This document shows, in pieces, positions 9,661-19,390 of a stretch of 64,000 nt of DNA (its first letter is position 1; each line of letters opens with the position of its first letter). The stretch spans positions 52,434-116,433 of the forward strand of contig JAFWZX010000012.1 of assembly GCA_017517275.1 (NCBI GenBank). Reading direction: 5' to 3'. A program made the position numbers and the translations under genes. Origin of the DNA: Clostridia bacterium (GTDB taxonomy: Bacteria > Bacillota > Clostridia > UBA1212 > UBA1255). The notes beneath the pieces are model-generated. The model worked only from the letters and a program-made list of their open reading frames with translations. It did not search any database and was not told where the DNA came from.

Positions 9661-10560
9661 TTAAATAAACCTTTTTATTACAGGATTTTCAAAGTCAAAA
9701 GTACCGGCAACAATAATCTGTCCTTTAAAATCTTCTACCAATGCATGGGTGTGAGTATTATACAAATCATGGGGGCAACCTTGTTTACAAACATAGTAGT
9801 CTCCTTTATTCAGCAATGTCTCATATAATCTGTCGCCACAAGGAAAAAGCAACGTTTGTGCATCAATTAAATCATATACCTCTTTGGTAGCAGCATTATT
9901 AGCCCCGTGATGCGGAACCTGCAGTATATCACTTTTAAGAGCTCTTCCGTATTTATCTTTCATATAATCCCACGCAAGGAAAGAGGCATCTCCCGGCATC
10001 AATACGGTTTTGCCCCTGATTGTAAGACGTGTTACGATAGAGGCGCTATTGTTATCTCTATCCAAAGCCTGGGCATCAATCTCTCTTAGCGGCTCCGGTG
10101 CGCACAGCACCTCTACTTTAACGTCTGCCAGATTATATTCCTGTCCGATTTCTACAACCCGCACATTGCAATAAGGCTTGTTTTTGACAATGGTTTCAAC
10201 CATTGCCTTTCCCCAACTGTAGAAGGTGTTTGCCCATACTTCTTTAACCTCTACGTCCTTATACGTAGCAAAGAAATGGTCTACAAATCCCATATGGTCA
10301 CCATGTTCGTGAGTAATTATCCACGCAGACACAGTTATTTTGCTAAGGTCATTATTATCTGCTGTTTTTTGTAAAAGTTTATACAAATTTTCGGAATCTT
10401 CTTCGCCTTGACCGCCATCGTAGATAAGGAACGTTCCGTCTGACAATAAATAGAAAATACTCATACCGTTTTCAAAGCTATGGTCCGGCTGGTTATAACT
10501 GCTGTCAGTTACTGCCACTATATATCCTTGTGTTTCTATTTTTTTCATTTCACCTAACAT
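9661..10560 (-). CDS. MBL-fold metallo-hydrolase (ComEC-type motif set), first gene of the sugar-acid operon
   Basis: ITHEHGDHMG (HxHxDH) and C-terminal LKSDILQVPHHG motifs, shared with three paralogs in the window. Only 12 nt upstream of the TIM-barrel gene. Confidence 0.75.
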   Translation of the reverse strand: MLGEMKKIETQGYIVAVTDSSYNQPDHSFENGMSIFYLLSDGTFLIYDGGQGEEDSENLYKLLQKTADNNDLSKITVSAWIITHEHGDHMGFVDHFFATYKDVEVKEVWANTFYSWGKAMVETIVKNKPYCNVRVVEIGQEYNLADVKVEVLCAPEPLREIDAQALDRDNNSASIVTRLTIRGKTVLMPGDASFLAWDYMKDKYGRALKSDILQVPHHGANNAATKEVYDLIDAQTLLFPCGDRLYETLLNKGDYYVCKQGCPHDLYNTHTHALVEDFKGQIIVAGTFDFENPVIKRFI

Positions 10561-10665
10561 CCTTTGCTTTTCATCGTCTACTATTTTATCATAAAATGCA
10601 GGAACATTATCAATACTTTATAATTTATTTTGTATGGTAAAAAAGTATTTCTTCAGAAATTTTCT

Positions 10666-10694
10666 TGATGGATTATCTTTTTTCCTGTATAATA
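10666..10694 (+). promoter_or_regulatory. Sigma-A-like promoter for hpf: TTGATG, 17-nt spacer, extended -10 TGTATAAT
   Basis: Read directly in the sequence upstream of the strong RBS AAGAGGAGGA. Confidence 0.4.
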
Positions 10695-10724
10695 TAATCA
10701 AGATAAAAAAAAGAGGAGGAATTT

Positions 10725-11273
10725 GTGATGTTAGTTAGATTTAACATTAAAGAATCCAACGTATCCGAAAAGGATCTTGCGACTATGGAAAAAAAAGTTG
10801 CTCAGCGTTTCCGTCGTTATTTTACACAAGACAGCACCGAAACAGTTGTTTATGTCAAGATTTGTGATCGCAAGCTGGGATTCAAAGTTGAATTAACAAC
10901 TCAGTATCTCAGTTATGACTTAAGAGCTGAGACTACAGACAAAGTCAGCTGTATTGCGGCCTTGGACAGAGCCATGGACATTTTGGAACGTCAGATTGCC
11001 AAATGCAAGACAAAGCTGGCACGCAGCAAGCACTTAACCCCCGAGTTAGACGTTTCCCTGCCGAAGATTGATAATCTGGAAGAAGAGCCTGAGATTTATT
11101 CAGTTGTCAGAATCAAATCATATGACATGAAGCCTATCACTGTTCAGGATGCCATCATGGAAATGAATATGTTGGGTCACGTTTTCTTTACCTTCCTGAA
11201 TAAGGAAACAAATAAAGTGTCTACCGTATATAAACGAGACGACGGTGATTACGGAATGATTGAACCCTTATGA
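10725..11273 (+). CDS. hpf: Ribosome hibernation promoting factor, long form (HPF/RaiA with C-terminal dimerisation domain)
   Basis: S30AE N-domain plus C-terminal VVRIKSYDMKPITVQDAIMEMNMLGHVFFTF, typical of long HPF. GTG/ATG start at 10725/10728. Confidence 0.85.
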   Translation: MMLVRFNIKESNVSEKDLATMEKKVAQRFRRYFTQDSTETVVYVKICDRKLGFKVELTTQYLSYDLRAETTDKVSCIAALDRAMDILERQIAKCKTKLARSKHLTPELDVSLPKIDNLEEEPEIYSVVRIKSYDMKPITVQDAIMEMNMLGHVFFTFLNKETNKVSTVYKRDDGDYGMIEPL

Positions 11274-11293
11274 AAATAAATTACTTCAACAAC

Positions 11294-11319
11294 AAAGCGG
11301 CTGCATTTGCAGCCGCTTT
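11294..11319. terminator. Rho-independent terminator hairpin after hpf (AAAGCGGCTGCA/TGCAGCCGCTTT)
   Basis: Perfect 12-bp inverted repeat immediately after the hpf stop, followed by a T-rich tract. Confidence 0.6.
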
Positions 11320-11529
11320 GTTATTCACTTTGTTATTCACCCACTTTAGAAACAAGGCTTATTAGTCTTGTTTCCACTCTACTGCATACAAAGTTTCCAT
11401 TCCGGGACAGCGGCTTATATCCGTTGCGATGATGGAATACTATTTTATTTGATAATAAAAGCAAAAAAATCAGTATTTTGGCACCAAATATCTCTTTGAC
11501 TCCACCCGCACTATAATCTTTATCAATGT

Positions 11530-12426
11530 CTAAGTGATATCTACAATTACCAGTTCGGGACGATTGAAAACACGAGGAGCCCAGGTGCTTTCTCTAGCTA
11601 GACCTCGGCTGACAATCATTGTCGTACCATCCTGTTCATATCGTCCGCCGGCATATTCTGGGAAAACTCCCTGATCAGGCGCATACAGTCCATTTAAAAC
11701 CAGTGGAACCCGCCACTGACCGCCGTGAGCATGACCACTCAATACTAGATCAAAATTATAGTCCGTATATTGTTCAAAAAATTCAGGACGGTGTGAGAGC
11801 AGCAATGTAAAATTTCCATTTTCTGATACACTGCTGACGTTGTCGAGTTGCTGTGTAAATGTAACTTCTTTCCGGTTTTGCGCTTCCACGTAGGCCTGCG
11901 GGTCCGTCTCCGAATCTATCTCCACCATATATGCATCAGGGTCATTGACACCACAAAGGTTTATGCTTTCCCCGTTCACTTCAACAACTTCGCTTGTGCC
12001 GGCAAGGATCACAATGTTATATTTGTTCAGTATATCAATTTTAGCAGAAAACTTGGCTTGCCCGCTCCAGTACTCGTGGTTTCCGGTCACATAATAACAG
12101 GGATACCTTTCAGATATACCTGCAAGAAAAAGTTCGGTATTTGTATCTTCGATGACATCATCAAAGATATCTCCACCCAACAGCACCAGGTCAGGAGACT
12201 CCGCATAAATTGCATCAAGCAGTTTTGTTTGTTTTTTACCGTACTTGCAAGAATGCAGGTCAGTTATCAGCGCAATACGAATAGGTGTATCTACTTTAGG
12301 GGAATCAATTTCATATCTTCTAACTATCATCCGGCTATCAAACATAATGACGATAAGCACAATGACTGCAGTAGCAATCAGTATTTTTAATATCATTTTT
12401 CGCTTTGAATTTTTTATAATAACCAC
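11530..12426 (-). CDS. Membrane-anchored metallophosphoesterase (calcineurin-like)
   Basis: N-terminal TM segment, then DLH, GDIFDD and GNHEYW motifs. Confidence 0.8.
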   Translation of the reverse strand: MVIIKNSKRKMILKILIATAVIVLIVIMFDSRMIVRRYEIDSPKVDTPIRIALITDLHSCKYGKKQTKLLDAIYAESPDLVLLGGDIFDDVIEDTNTELFLAGISERYPCYYVTGNHEYWSGQAKFSAKIDILNKYNIVILAGTSEVVEVNGESINLCGVNDPDAYMVEIDSETDPQAYVEAQNRKEVTFTQQLDNVSSVSENGNFTLLLSHRPEFFEQYTDYNFDLVLSGHAHGGQWRVPLVLNGLYAPDQGVFPEYAGGRYEQDGTTMIVSRGLARESTWAPRVFNRPELVIVDIT

Positions 12427-12532
12427 CTTGCAAACTAACGAAGCACATACAATTTCACAAAATCATATTTTCAGTATACCATAATTTTGGTGCTTTTTCT
12501 AACCGCAGTTGCAGGCCGATTAATAACGCCGC

Positions 12533-13447
12533 TTAATCCCGAAATCTCAACACCGTACTTTTGCCATCCTTGCAAACGTGCGTGTTATCGAAGATCAATG
12601 TCACCGCCTTTTTATACTCCTCAGGATTATACAAAGACGGACTGTAGTGAGTCAGCCATAATTCCGACGGCACAGGTTTTGCCTGAGCTGCGATAGAAGC
12701 TGCTTCGATCATTGTCATATGCCCTTTTTCACGGGCAGAATCATCTTTATCATCCTGCCCATACATTCCTTCACAGATAAACAAATCGCAGTCGGCGGCT
12801 TGGGTACGTATAATCTCAAGCGGGCGCGTATCTGTACAATACGTAAGCTTGAGTCCGCGGCGTGCAGGTCCCATAACCATTTCCGGCTTATATACTTTCT
12901 CTGCGTCTGTTATAACGTTTCCTTTTTGAAGAGGATTCCAATATTTTACAGGGATTTTTAATTCGGCTGCCCTTTGTGCGTCAAATTTACCCAGCCGATC
13001 TACTTCAAGCGTATATCCGTATGTTACCGTAGTATGTTTAACACGGAAGGCCGTAATGTTATAGTCATTTATCTTGATTTTTGCTATATTCTGTGTAAGT
13101 TCAACAAACTTAATATCAAAAGGCAGCTCCTGAGCAATGATGCGAAGCGAATTGACCACAACAGAAATTCCTTTTGGACCAATAATTGTAAGCGGCTCCG
13201 TGCGCCCCTCATTACCCATAGACAAAAGCAATCCCGGCAAACCGCTTACGTGGTCTGCGTGAAAATGAGTAATACACAATATATCAATAGGCTTGAACGT
13301 AAAACCGGCTTCTTTTATTGCAATTTGCGTGCCCTCTCCGCAGTCAATTAAAAGTGCACTGCCGTTTAATCTGCAATAAAGAGAGGTAAGCCACCTGTTT
13401 TTAAGAGGCATGGTGCCTCCTGTTCCGACCAAACAAACATCTAACAT
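12533..13447 (-). CDS. rnz: Ribonuclease Z (tRNA 3' processing, MBL fold)
   Basis: MLDVCLVGTGGTMP, HFHADH and 304 aa match the short-form RNase Z. Start overlaps the upstream stop (TAATG). Confidence 0.85.
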   Translation of the reverse strand: MLDVCLVGTGGTMPLKNRWLTSLYCRLNGSALLIDCGEGTQIAIKEAGFTFKPIDILCITHFHADHVSGLPGLLLSMGNEGRTEPLTIIGPKGISVVVNSLRIIAQELPFDIKFVELTQNIAKIKINDYNITAFRVKHTTVTYGYTLEVDRLGKFDAQRAAELKIPVKYWNPLQKGNVITDAEKVYKPEMVMGPARRGLKLTYCTDTRPLEIIRTQAADCDLFICEGMYGQDDKDDSAREKGHMTMIEAASIAAQAKPVPSELWLTHYSPSLYNPEEYKKAVTLIFDNTHVCKDGKSTVLRFRD

Positions 13448-14670
13448 TATTCACCAAACTCCCTTGTTTCTCTGCTCTCGTGTATTATTATTTCTTTAGT
13501 ATATTTTGATGCCGCAAGAGCTTTTCTAACCTCTGCGTCACGATCCGGAAGATTATACAGAGACTGACTGCAGGGGTACCATAAAATGCCTGCACGAATA
13601 TGTCTGTATACAACAAGCGGACAATCCTCTACCCCGTGATGCGAGATTTGACACATGTCGCTTTTAAGATAATCTCCATAAAGCACCGCCATTTTCTCAA
13701 CACAATCGTCCCCAGCATCACCAAGGAAGATCGCACTGTAATCGTCAGTGTATACACGTGAGACAATACTTGTATTATTAAAATCCTTGGAAGCAGAACC
13801 TATTGCATATTCTTCTTCATATGTGATTAATATTTCTAATCTCACGTTACATATAGTAAATACCATACCTGTATAAACAGGACAACATTCTGCACCATCG
13901 AATTTAGCAACATCTTCAAGAAATCCGGACAACAGGTAAGAAGACCCCACATTCGCCGGTGAATATAAAAACCTCTCCACTGTCACACTGTCTGCATATT
14001 TGTCAGCAAATTCGCGAAAGGCATCATAGTGATCCCCGTGACCGTGTGTAAACAGCCATGCGCGCACAACCGGCTTTTGCCCTTTGGGCGTCAGGTCTTT
14101 AAAAGCATCTTTAAGCTCCTGGGCAACGGATAAGTTACCACTGTCATATACAATAAAACTTCCGTCTGCCAATTGTATCAAATATCCCATGCCATTTATT
14201 TCAAGAGATTTAAGTTGTGTTACTGTAGTTGGTGTGCTTCCTGTGCGTATCTCCGGCATTTTAGGCGGCAGAAACGCACCATTTGTTTCCGAAGTCACAA
14301 TTGTCATTCTCTTTTCACACTCAAACCACATAACGTGAACTAATCCGGCCCCTTTTACATAGGTAGAGAAAAGATTTCCGTTCATCTCATGATAGCTGTA
14401 CTGTTCGTAGCCTTGTTCTTCAAAATATCTACAAACTCCGTACAACGTGTTCTCATCTATATTGTAATAAGAATCCATTACGTCCCGGCTTCCGCAGGTA
14501 AACGTGCTTCCCGGGATCAGCTCCTTTGGAGAAATGCTTTGCTCTGCCAACTGAGTAAAATCTTTTGATAATATCTTAGTTGCCATAGGAACCGCTACCG
14601 GCTCTTGCTCACAGGCAAAAAGGCATATAGTCATACAAAAAACTAAAATAATTAAAAATATCTTTTTCAT
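13447..14670 (-). CDS. MBL-fold metallo-hydrolase lipoprotein (ComEC-type motifs) with an N-terminal extra domain
   Basis: Lipoprotein signal MKKIFLIILVFCMTICLFAC; FTHGHGDHYD and LKSDMCQISHHG motifs. Confidence 0.75.
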   Translation of the reverse strand: MKKIFLIILVFCMTICLFACEQEPVAVPMATKILSKDFTQLAEQSISPKELIPGSTFTCGSRDVMDSYYNIDENTLYGVCRYFEEQGYEQYSYHEMNGNLFSTYVKGAGLVHVMWFECEKRMTIVTSETNGAFLPPKMPEIRTGSTPTTVTQLKSLEINGMGYLIQLADGSFIVYDSGNLSVAQELKDAFKDLTPKGQKPVVRAWLFTHGHGDHYDAFREFADKYADSVTVERFLYSPANVGSSYLLSGFLEDVAKFDGAECCPVYTGMVFTICNVRLEILITYEEEYAIGSASKDFNNTSIVSRVYTDDYSAIFLGDAGDDCVEKMAVLYGDYLKSDMCQISHHGVEDCPLVVYRHIRAGILWYPCSQSLYNLPDRDAEVRKALAASKYTKEIIIHESRETREFGE

Positions 14671-14690
14671 ATTACGTCATCCTTTCCCCT

Positions 14691-15941
14691 TTAATCTAAA
14701 ACAATCGTTACATTCTCAGAATCAGACAATATTATCTGTTCTGTATTTGAATTATTTTTCATAGCTTGCCTTACATCTGCAAAAGCTTTGTGATTATCGT
14801 AAAAATCCGCAGAACAAGGATACGAGAGTATCTTTGCTCCTATAATGTTGTAGATAAATAACGGAAAATCCTCCGCCCCGTGGTTTGCAATTTGACATAT
14901 GTCGCTCTTTAGATCTTTTCCATAATAAATCGCCATGCGTCGAGCTGCAAATCTTCCGCAATCTGACAAGAAGAGTACGCTCTTTTGTTCTGTACTGATT
15001 CTGGATACAAGCGACGTGTTGCCGAAGCGATCCTTCGGCGGATCACACATGTATAAATCCTCCTGCGTGAAAAGGATCTCCATTGTTATATTACAAAATC
15101 TCAAAGTCATTCCGGTATGAACGTAGCATATCTGTGCTCCTTCAAATTTTGCCACGTCCTCAGGAAGTGTTTGCGTCAGATAAGTTTGTTTGCTTGCAAT
15201 AGCCATGTTTTTGCCTACAGGAGCGGCAACAACTGTTTGTAACGTTATTTTATCCGTATGCTCTGCTGCTATTTGTGTAAAACAACCGTAATGCTTTTCA
15301 TCATTAATTGTAAGAACCCACGCTCTAACTAAATATTTATTGTTTGTAGCGTCATGCCCTGCAAGATTACCAAGAACCTCAAGAAGCTTGGAGCTACACG
15401 TAGCATCTCCACCGTCATAAATAATAAAGCTTCCATCTGCCAACTGAATAACGTAGCCCATTGCGTTTTCACCGCTTCCCCTAATTTGAGTAACAGTTGT
15501 GGGTGTGTTTCCGGTTGTGATTTCCGGCTCTTTCGGAGGCATTGTCTTTCCTTGTCTATATGACCGTATGATCGTAAGTTCCTCTTCACAAGCTATCCAA
15601 TATATATGAATTCGTTCTGATTCTTTTATTAACGTTGTGAAAAAATTACCGTTTTTTTCGCTTGTATTGTACGTTTCAAAACCTTTTTGGAGATAGAACT
15701 TGCAAACAGCAAGGTAATCCTCGTACGTTTTCTCGTAATAAGCCTTAGCCGCATCGTTGCTACCACCACACAAGAGCACTTCGTTTTCTTCTGTGTCTGA
15801 TAAATCAAGCGGTTTTAGATTAGGATCATTTATATCAGTAATCGGAAGCGAAGTAGCTCCCGGGTCTTGTTTTTTATCTGTAGCGCAAGCAGAAAACAAC
15901 ATTATAATTACGAAAAATATCGCGAGACATCTTTTTCTCAT
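14691..15941 (-). CDS. MBL-fold-like lipoprotein with degenerate metal-binding motifs (probable pseudo-enzyme), tandem paralog of 13447..14670
   Basis: Lipoprotein signal ...LFSAC. N-domain is alignable to the neighbour (MPPKEPEITTGNTPTTVTQ vs MPEIRTGSTPTTVTQ), but HGHGDH becomes INDEKH and HHG becomes NHG. Confidence 0.7.
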   Translation of the reverse strand: MRKRCLAIFFVIIMLFSACATDKKQDPGATSLPITDINDPNLKPLDLSDTEENEVLLCGGSNDAAKAYYEKTYEDYLAVCKFYLQKGFETYNTSEKNGNFFTTLIKESERIHIYWIACEEELTIIRSYRQGKTMPPKEPEITTGNTPTTVTQIRGSGENAMGYVIQLADGSFIIYDGGDATCSSKLLEVLGNLAGHDATNNKYLVRAWVLTINDEKHYGCFTQIAAEHTDKITLQTVVAAPVGKNMAIASKQTYLTQTLPEDVAKFEGAQICYVHTGMTLRFCNITMEILFTQEDLYMCDPPKDRFGNTSLVSRISTEQKSVLFLSDCGRFAARRMAIYYGKDLKSDICQIANHGAEDFPLFIYNIIGAKILSYPCSADFYDNHKAFADVRQAMKNNSNTEQIILSDSENVTIVLD

Positions 15942-16074
15942 TATTACATCTCCTTTGCAATTTCAAACATTATACATTTGATGCGTTTTTTTTTCAATGT
16001 TTGCAGGCCAAAAAACAATTGCTTTTTTAATGGTGTAGTATATAATTTACAAAGTCAAAGGAAAATGATGGGTT

Positions 16075-17460
16075 ATGGCACAAACTGAATTGGTTGGTAA
16101 TAAAAAAAGTAAATATGAAATGGATATGTGTAGCGGTTCCATATTAAAAAAACTGCTACTTTTCACCATCCCTCTTGTTTTCTCCAGCATATTGCAACTG
16201 CTTTTTAATGCGGTAGACGTAGTTGTTGTAGGTAAATTTGCCGGTGAAACGGCGCTTGCGGCGGTGAGCTCTACCGGTTCATTGATAAATTTGATTACAA
16301 ATGTTTTTATCGGTATGTCAGTGGGCACAAACGTGGTTGTTGCCCGTAATTATGCAGCAGAGAATCATAAAGCTGTGAGGGAAACTGTCCACACCGCTAT
16401 TTTTCTTAGTATTCTGTCCGGCATTTTTCTTACAATAGTCGGCGTTTTTTTAGCACCATTCCTTTTGAACTATATGGATGTTCCGGATACTGTTATCGGT
16501 CAGTCGGCTTTGTACCTTCGTATTTATTTTTTAGGAATAACTGCAACTTTAATTTACAACTTTGGAAGTGCTATTCTCAGAGCTATAGGTGACACAAAAA
16601 GGCCGCTTGTTTTCCTTATTATAGCAGGCTGTGTGAATTTGGTCCTGAACTTAATCTCTGTTATAGTTTTTGAAATGGGTGTTGCCGGTGTTGCTATTGC
16701 AACCTCAGTCTCCCAATGCGTAAGCGCCTTTCTTATTATATTATGTCTTATTCGCGAAACAAATTGCGTACATCTAAACATCAAGAAGCTGAGGGTTTAC
16801 AAGGACAAACTTCTGCAAATTCTGCGGATTGGTTTGCCGGCGGGATTTCAAGGAGCATTATTTTCACTGTCAAACGTTGTCATTCAGTCCTCAATTAACG
16901 GCTTCGGAGACATTACTATGGCAGGTAGCGGCGCTGCGGGTAATTTGGAAGGTTTTGTCTACGTAACTATGAATTCCTTTCATCAGGGAGCAATATCTTT
17001 TGTAGGACAAAATATTGGCGCAAAAAAATATGAACGTATTAATCGCATTGCCTTTACGGCCGTGGCGTGTGTTACTGTGGCCGGCCTTATTGCAGGTATG
17101 GGAGTTACCTCGCTGGGCAAACCGCTGCTGAGTTTGTATACCGACAATCCGGCCGTTGTTGATGCCGGCTTGATCAGGCTGAAACATATATGTGCTTTTT
17201 ACTTTCTTTGCGGAATAATGGACGTTATGGTTGGCGTATTAAGGGGAATGGGATATAGCGTTATGCCAATGCTCGTATCTTTAATTGGTGTATGCGGATT
17301 TAGATTATTATGGCTTGCTACTGTTTTCCAGTTTCCACAGTATCACTCTGTCGAAACTGTATATATTTCCTATATGGTAAGCTGGATTGCTACCGCCTTG
17401 ATTCATATCGGCTGCTTTATTGTTGTGCGCAAACGTAAAAAAACACTTTGGGGCGTATAG
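16075..17460 (+). CDS. MATE family efflux transporter
   Basis: 12-TM profile and conserved MATE N-terminus (LFTIPLVFSSILQLLFNAVDVVVVGK). Confidence 0.85.
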   Translation: MAQTELVGNKKSKYEMDMCSGSILKKLLLFTIPLVFSSILQLLFNAVDVVVVGKFAGETALAAVSSTGSLINLITNVFIGMSVGTNVVVARNYAAENHKAVRETVHTAIFLSILSGIFLTIVGVFLAPFLLNYMDVPDTVIGQSALYLRIYFLGITATLIYNFGSAILRAIGDTKRPLVFLIIAGCVNLVLNLISVIVFEMGVAGVAIATSVSQCVSAFLIILCLIRETNCVHLNIKKLRVYKDKLLQILRIGLPAGFQGALFSLSNVVIQSSINGFGDITMAGSGAAGNLEGFVYVTMNSFHQGAISFVGQNIGAKKYERINRIAFTAVACVTVAGLIAGMGVTSLGKPLLSLYTDNPAVVDAGLIRLKHICAFYFLCGIMDVMVGVLRGMGYSVMPMLVSLIGVCGFRLLWLATVFQFPQYHSVETVYISYMVSWIATALIHIGCFIVVRKRKKTLWGV

Positions 17461-17558
17461 TTCAGCCACAAGAATATGAAAGTCTATTTATTTTTGTAGT
17501 AGCGTTCTTCTCTTTACTTTTTGATAAGTTGTTTGTAAAATATTAATGATCATTATTC

Positions 17559-18986
17559 TTGAAAAGGTTTTTTATGTTAAAAGTACGCTCATTTATATAC
17601 ATTACGGGCTTTACGCTTCTGTTTTTTTTGTTTCTTCTTTTTACAAGTTGCAGCGATTCTACGACAGAAGTAAGTCCTGCTGCCAAATCGCCGCTGCCAA
17701 CGTTAACACAGACTCCTTCGGGAACAGTTATTAATACATCCATTCCAACACCCGTGCCAACACCAACTCCCATGCCAACACCAACACCTACACCGACACA
17801 GCCACCTATTATTAAGGTAGCAACTGCTTCTATAGGAGCTACAGGAGATATTCTGATGCACGAAAAGCTATATAAAAGCGGTTATGATGCCACAACTTCC
17901 ACTTACAATTATGACCATATTTTTCCTTGGTTTTCAAAGTATGTTTCCGAAGTAGACTACGCCGTTGCCAATCTTGAGGTTACCTTAGCCGGAGACGATA
18001 ACGGCTATAAATATTCCGGATATCCAAGATTCAACTGTCCTGATGCCATTGTAGATTCATTGAAAAAAGCCGGTTTTGACATGCTTCTTACGGCAAACAA
18101 CCATTCATATGATACAGGTATTACAGGTTTTATGAGAACACAGGAGATTTTGAGGAATCGCGGAGTTACATATATTGGTACAAGATACAAAGAAGAAGAT
18201 AAGAATTATACCGTTCAGAATATAAACGGTATTAATGTTGGCATGATTTGCTATACCTTTAATACTGAAATTATCAATGATAAACAAGTAAAACTAAACG
18301 GTATCACTTTAAACGCCCAAGCGACAGCTCTTACAAACTCCTTTAATACAAGCCATTTAGAAAACTTTTATTTAAAACTCAAAGATGAAGTAGCTAAGAT
18401 GAAGGCAGACGGCGCACAAGCCCTTGTTATTTTTATTCACTGGGGCAAAGAATACGTCACTACAAATAATTCCACTCAGAAAAAAATAGCACAAAAACTT
18501 TGTAATTTAGGATTTGATGTTATTGTAGGAAATCATCCACACGTAGCACAACCTGTGGAACTTTTTACAAGTACGGTTAATGATAACCATAAAACTCTTT
18601 GCTTATATTCCACAGGAAACGCAGTATCAAACATCAGATACTCTTCAACGCGTCCCATTCATTGCGAGGACGGTATGCTTTTCACCTTTACTTTTGCTAA
18701 ATATTCAGATGGTACGGTGCTGGTTGAGAGTGCCCGCGTGCTCCCGATATGGGTTAATCGTTATACCGATCCGATTCTCGACAGATATACCTACGAAATA
18801 CTTACGCTTGATAAGAACATAATGGATTGGAAAATGCATATGAATCTGACCGATTCTCTTTTGTTAAAATGTCAAGACTCTTATAAACGTACTATGGCCA
18901 TAGTAAGTAGCGGATTAGAAGAAGCAAATAAATATTATTCTGATAATCAAAAAGAGGTGGAACAAAAACTTGGTGTTCTAAATTAA
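17559..18986 (+). CDS. CapA/PGA_cap family metallophosphatase-like lipoprotein with a Pro/Thr-rich linker
   Basis: Lipobox LFTSC, PT-rich linker, then a GATGDILMHE...ANNHSYD...GNHPHV CapA-type domain. Confidence 0.8.
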   Translation: MKRFFMLKVRSFIYITGFTLLFFLFLLFTSCSDSTTEVSPAAKSPLPTLTQTPSGTVINTSIPTPVPTPTPMPTPTPTPTQPPIIKVATASIGATGDILMHEKLYKSGYDATTSTYNYDHIFPWFSKYVSEVDYAVANLEVTLAGDDNGYKYSGYPRFNCPDAIVDSLKKAGFDMLLTANNHSYDTGITGFMRTQEILRNRGVTYIGTRYKEEDKNYTVQNINGINVGMICYTFNTEIINDKQVKLNGITLNAQATALTNSFNTSHLENFYLKLKDEVAKMKADGAQALVIFIHWGKEYVTTNNSTQKKIAQKLCNLGFDVIVGNHPHVAQPVELFTSTVNDNHKTLCLYSTGNAVSNIRYSSTRPIHCEDGMLFTFTFAKYSDGTVLVESARVLPIWVNRYTDPILDRYTYEILTLDKNIMDWKMHMNLTDSLLLKCQDSYKRTMAIVSSGLEEANKYYSDNQKEVEQKLGVLN

Positions 18987-19390
18987 TTTTGCGGGAACTC
19001 CAATAATTCTCTTAATAAATTGTAAGACGAACAAAGAAATTGAGTGTTAGTCGGTTTCTTTTTTGGAAACACAAATTTTTTACCAAAGACGTCTATTTCC
19101 AGACCGGGTTCTACGTCTTCCCACATTCTGTTAATGGCAACTCTGATGCTTTTCTCAATGTTGTCTATGCTGACGGAAAGCTTCTTTGAAACGTCAATAT
19201 AGAGTGCCTTCGGAACGATTTCCTTTATATTACAAATAGAACCGACCTGCTCCACTCCTTGACCGTCTAACATCAGTATTAATATCTCGCGCAAATAGAA
19301 AAAGCCCTTGTATCGCGCCTTTAACCGTAACGACAAAAGCACGTGTGTTATTAAAATATAACGTTCTTTGAGTACCTTCTCATTTATCAT
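18983..19390 (-). CDS. Stand-alone Spo0A C-terminal (Spo0A_C) DNA-binding domain protein, no receiver domain
   Basis: KGFFYLREILILMLD...SVSIDNIEKSIRVAINRMW...KKKPTNTQFL aligns with the Spo0A C-domain (KGYLYLREAI...SRVERAIRHAIEVAW...KGKPTNSEFIA). ATGA overlap with the upstream XRE gene. Confidence 0.65.
   Translation of the reverse strand: MINEKVLKERYILITHVLLSLRLKARYKGFFYLREILILMLDGQGVEQVGSICNIKEIVPKALYIDVSKKLSVSIDNIEKSIRVAINRMWEDVEPGLEIDVFGKKFVFPKKKPTNTQFLCSSYNLLRELLEFPQN

Noticed and set aside
11848-12390. 180-aa + strand ORF opposite the metallophosphoesterase
   Set aside because: Antisense to a gene with clear catalytic motifs. Spurious.
16047-16328. 93-aa minus ORF overlapping the MATE transporter start
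   Set aside because: Overlaps a strongly supported + strand gene. No conservation signal.
17745-17810. Short tandem repetition (ccaacacc/ccaacacct units) inside the CapA-like gene
   Set aside because: It simply encodes the Pro/Thr-rich linker (PTPVPTPTPMPTPTPTPT) of the lipoprotein. It is not a CRISPR or an independent repeat element.
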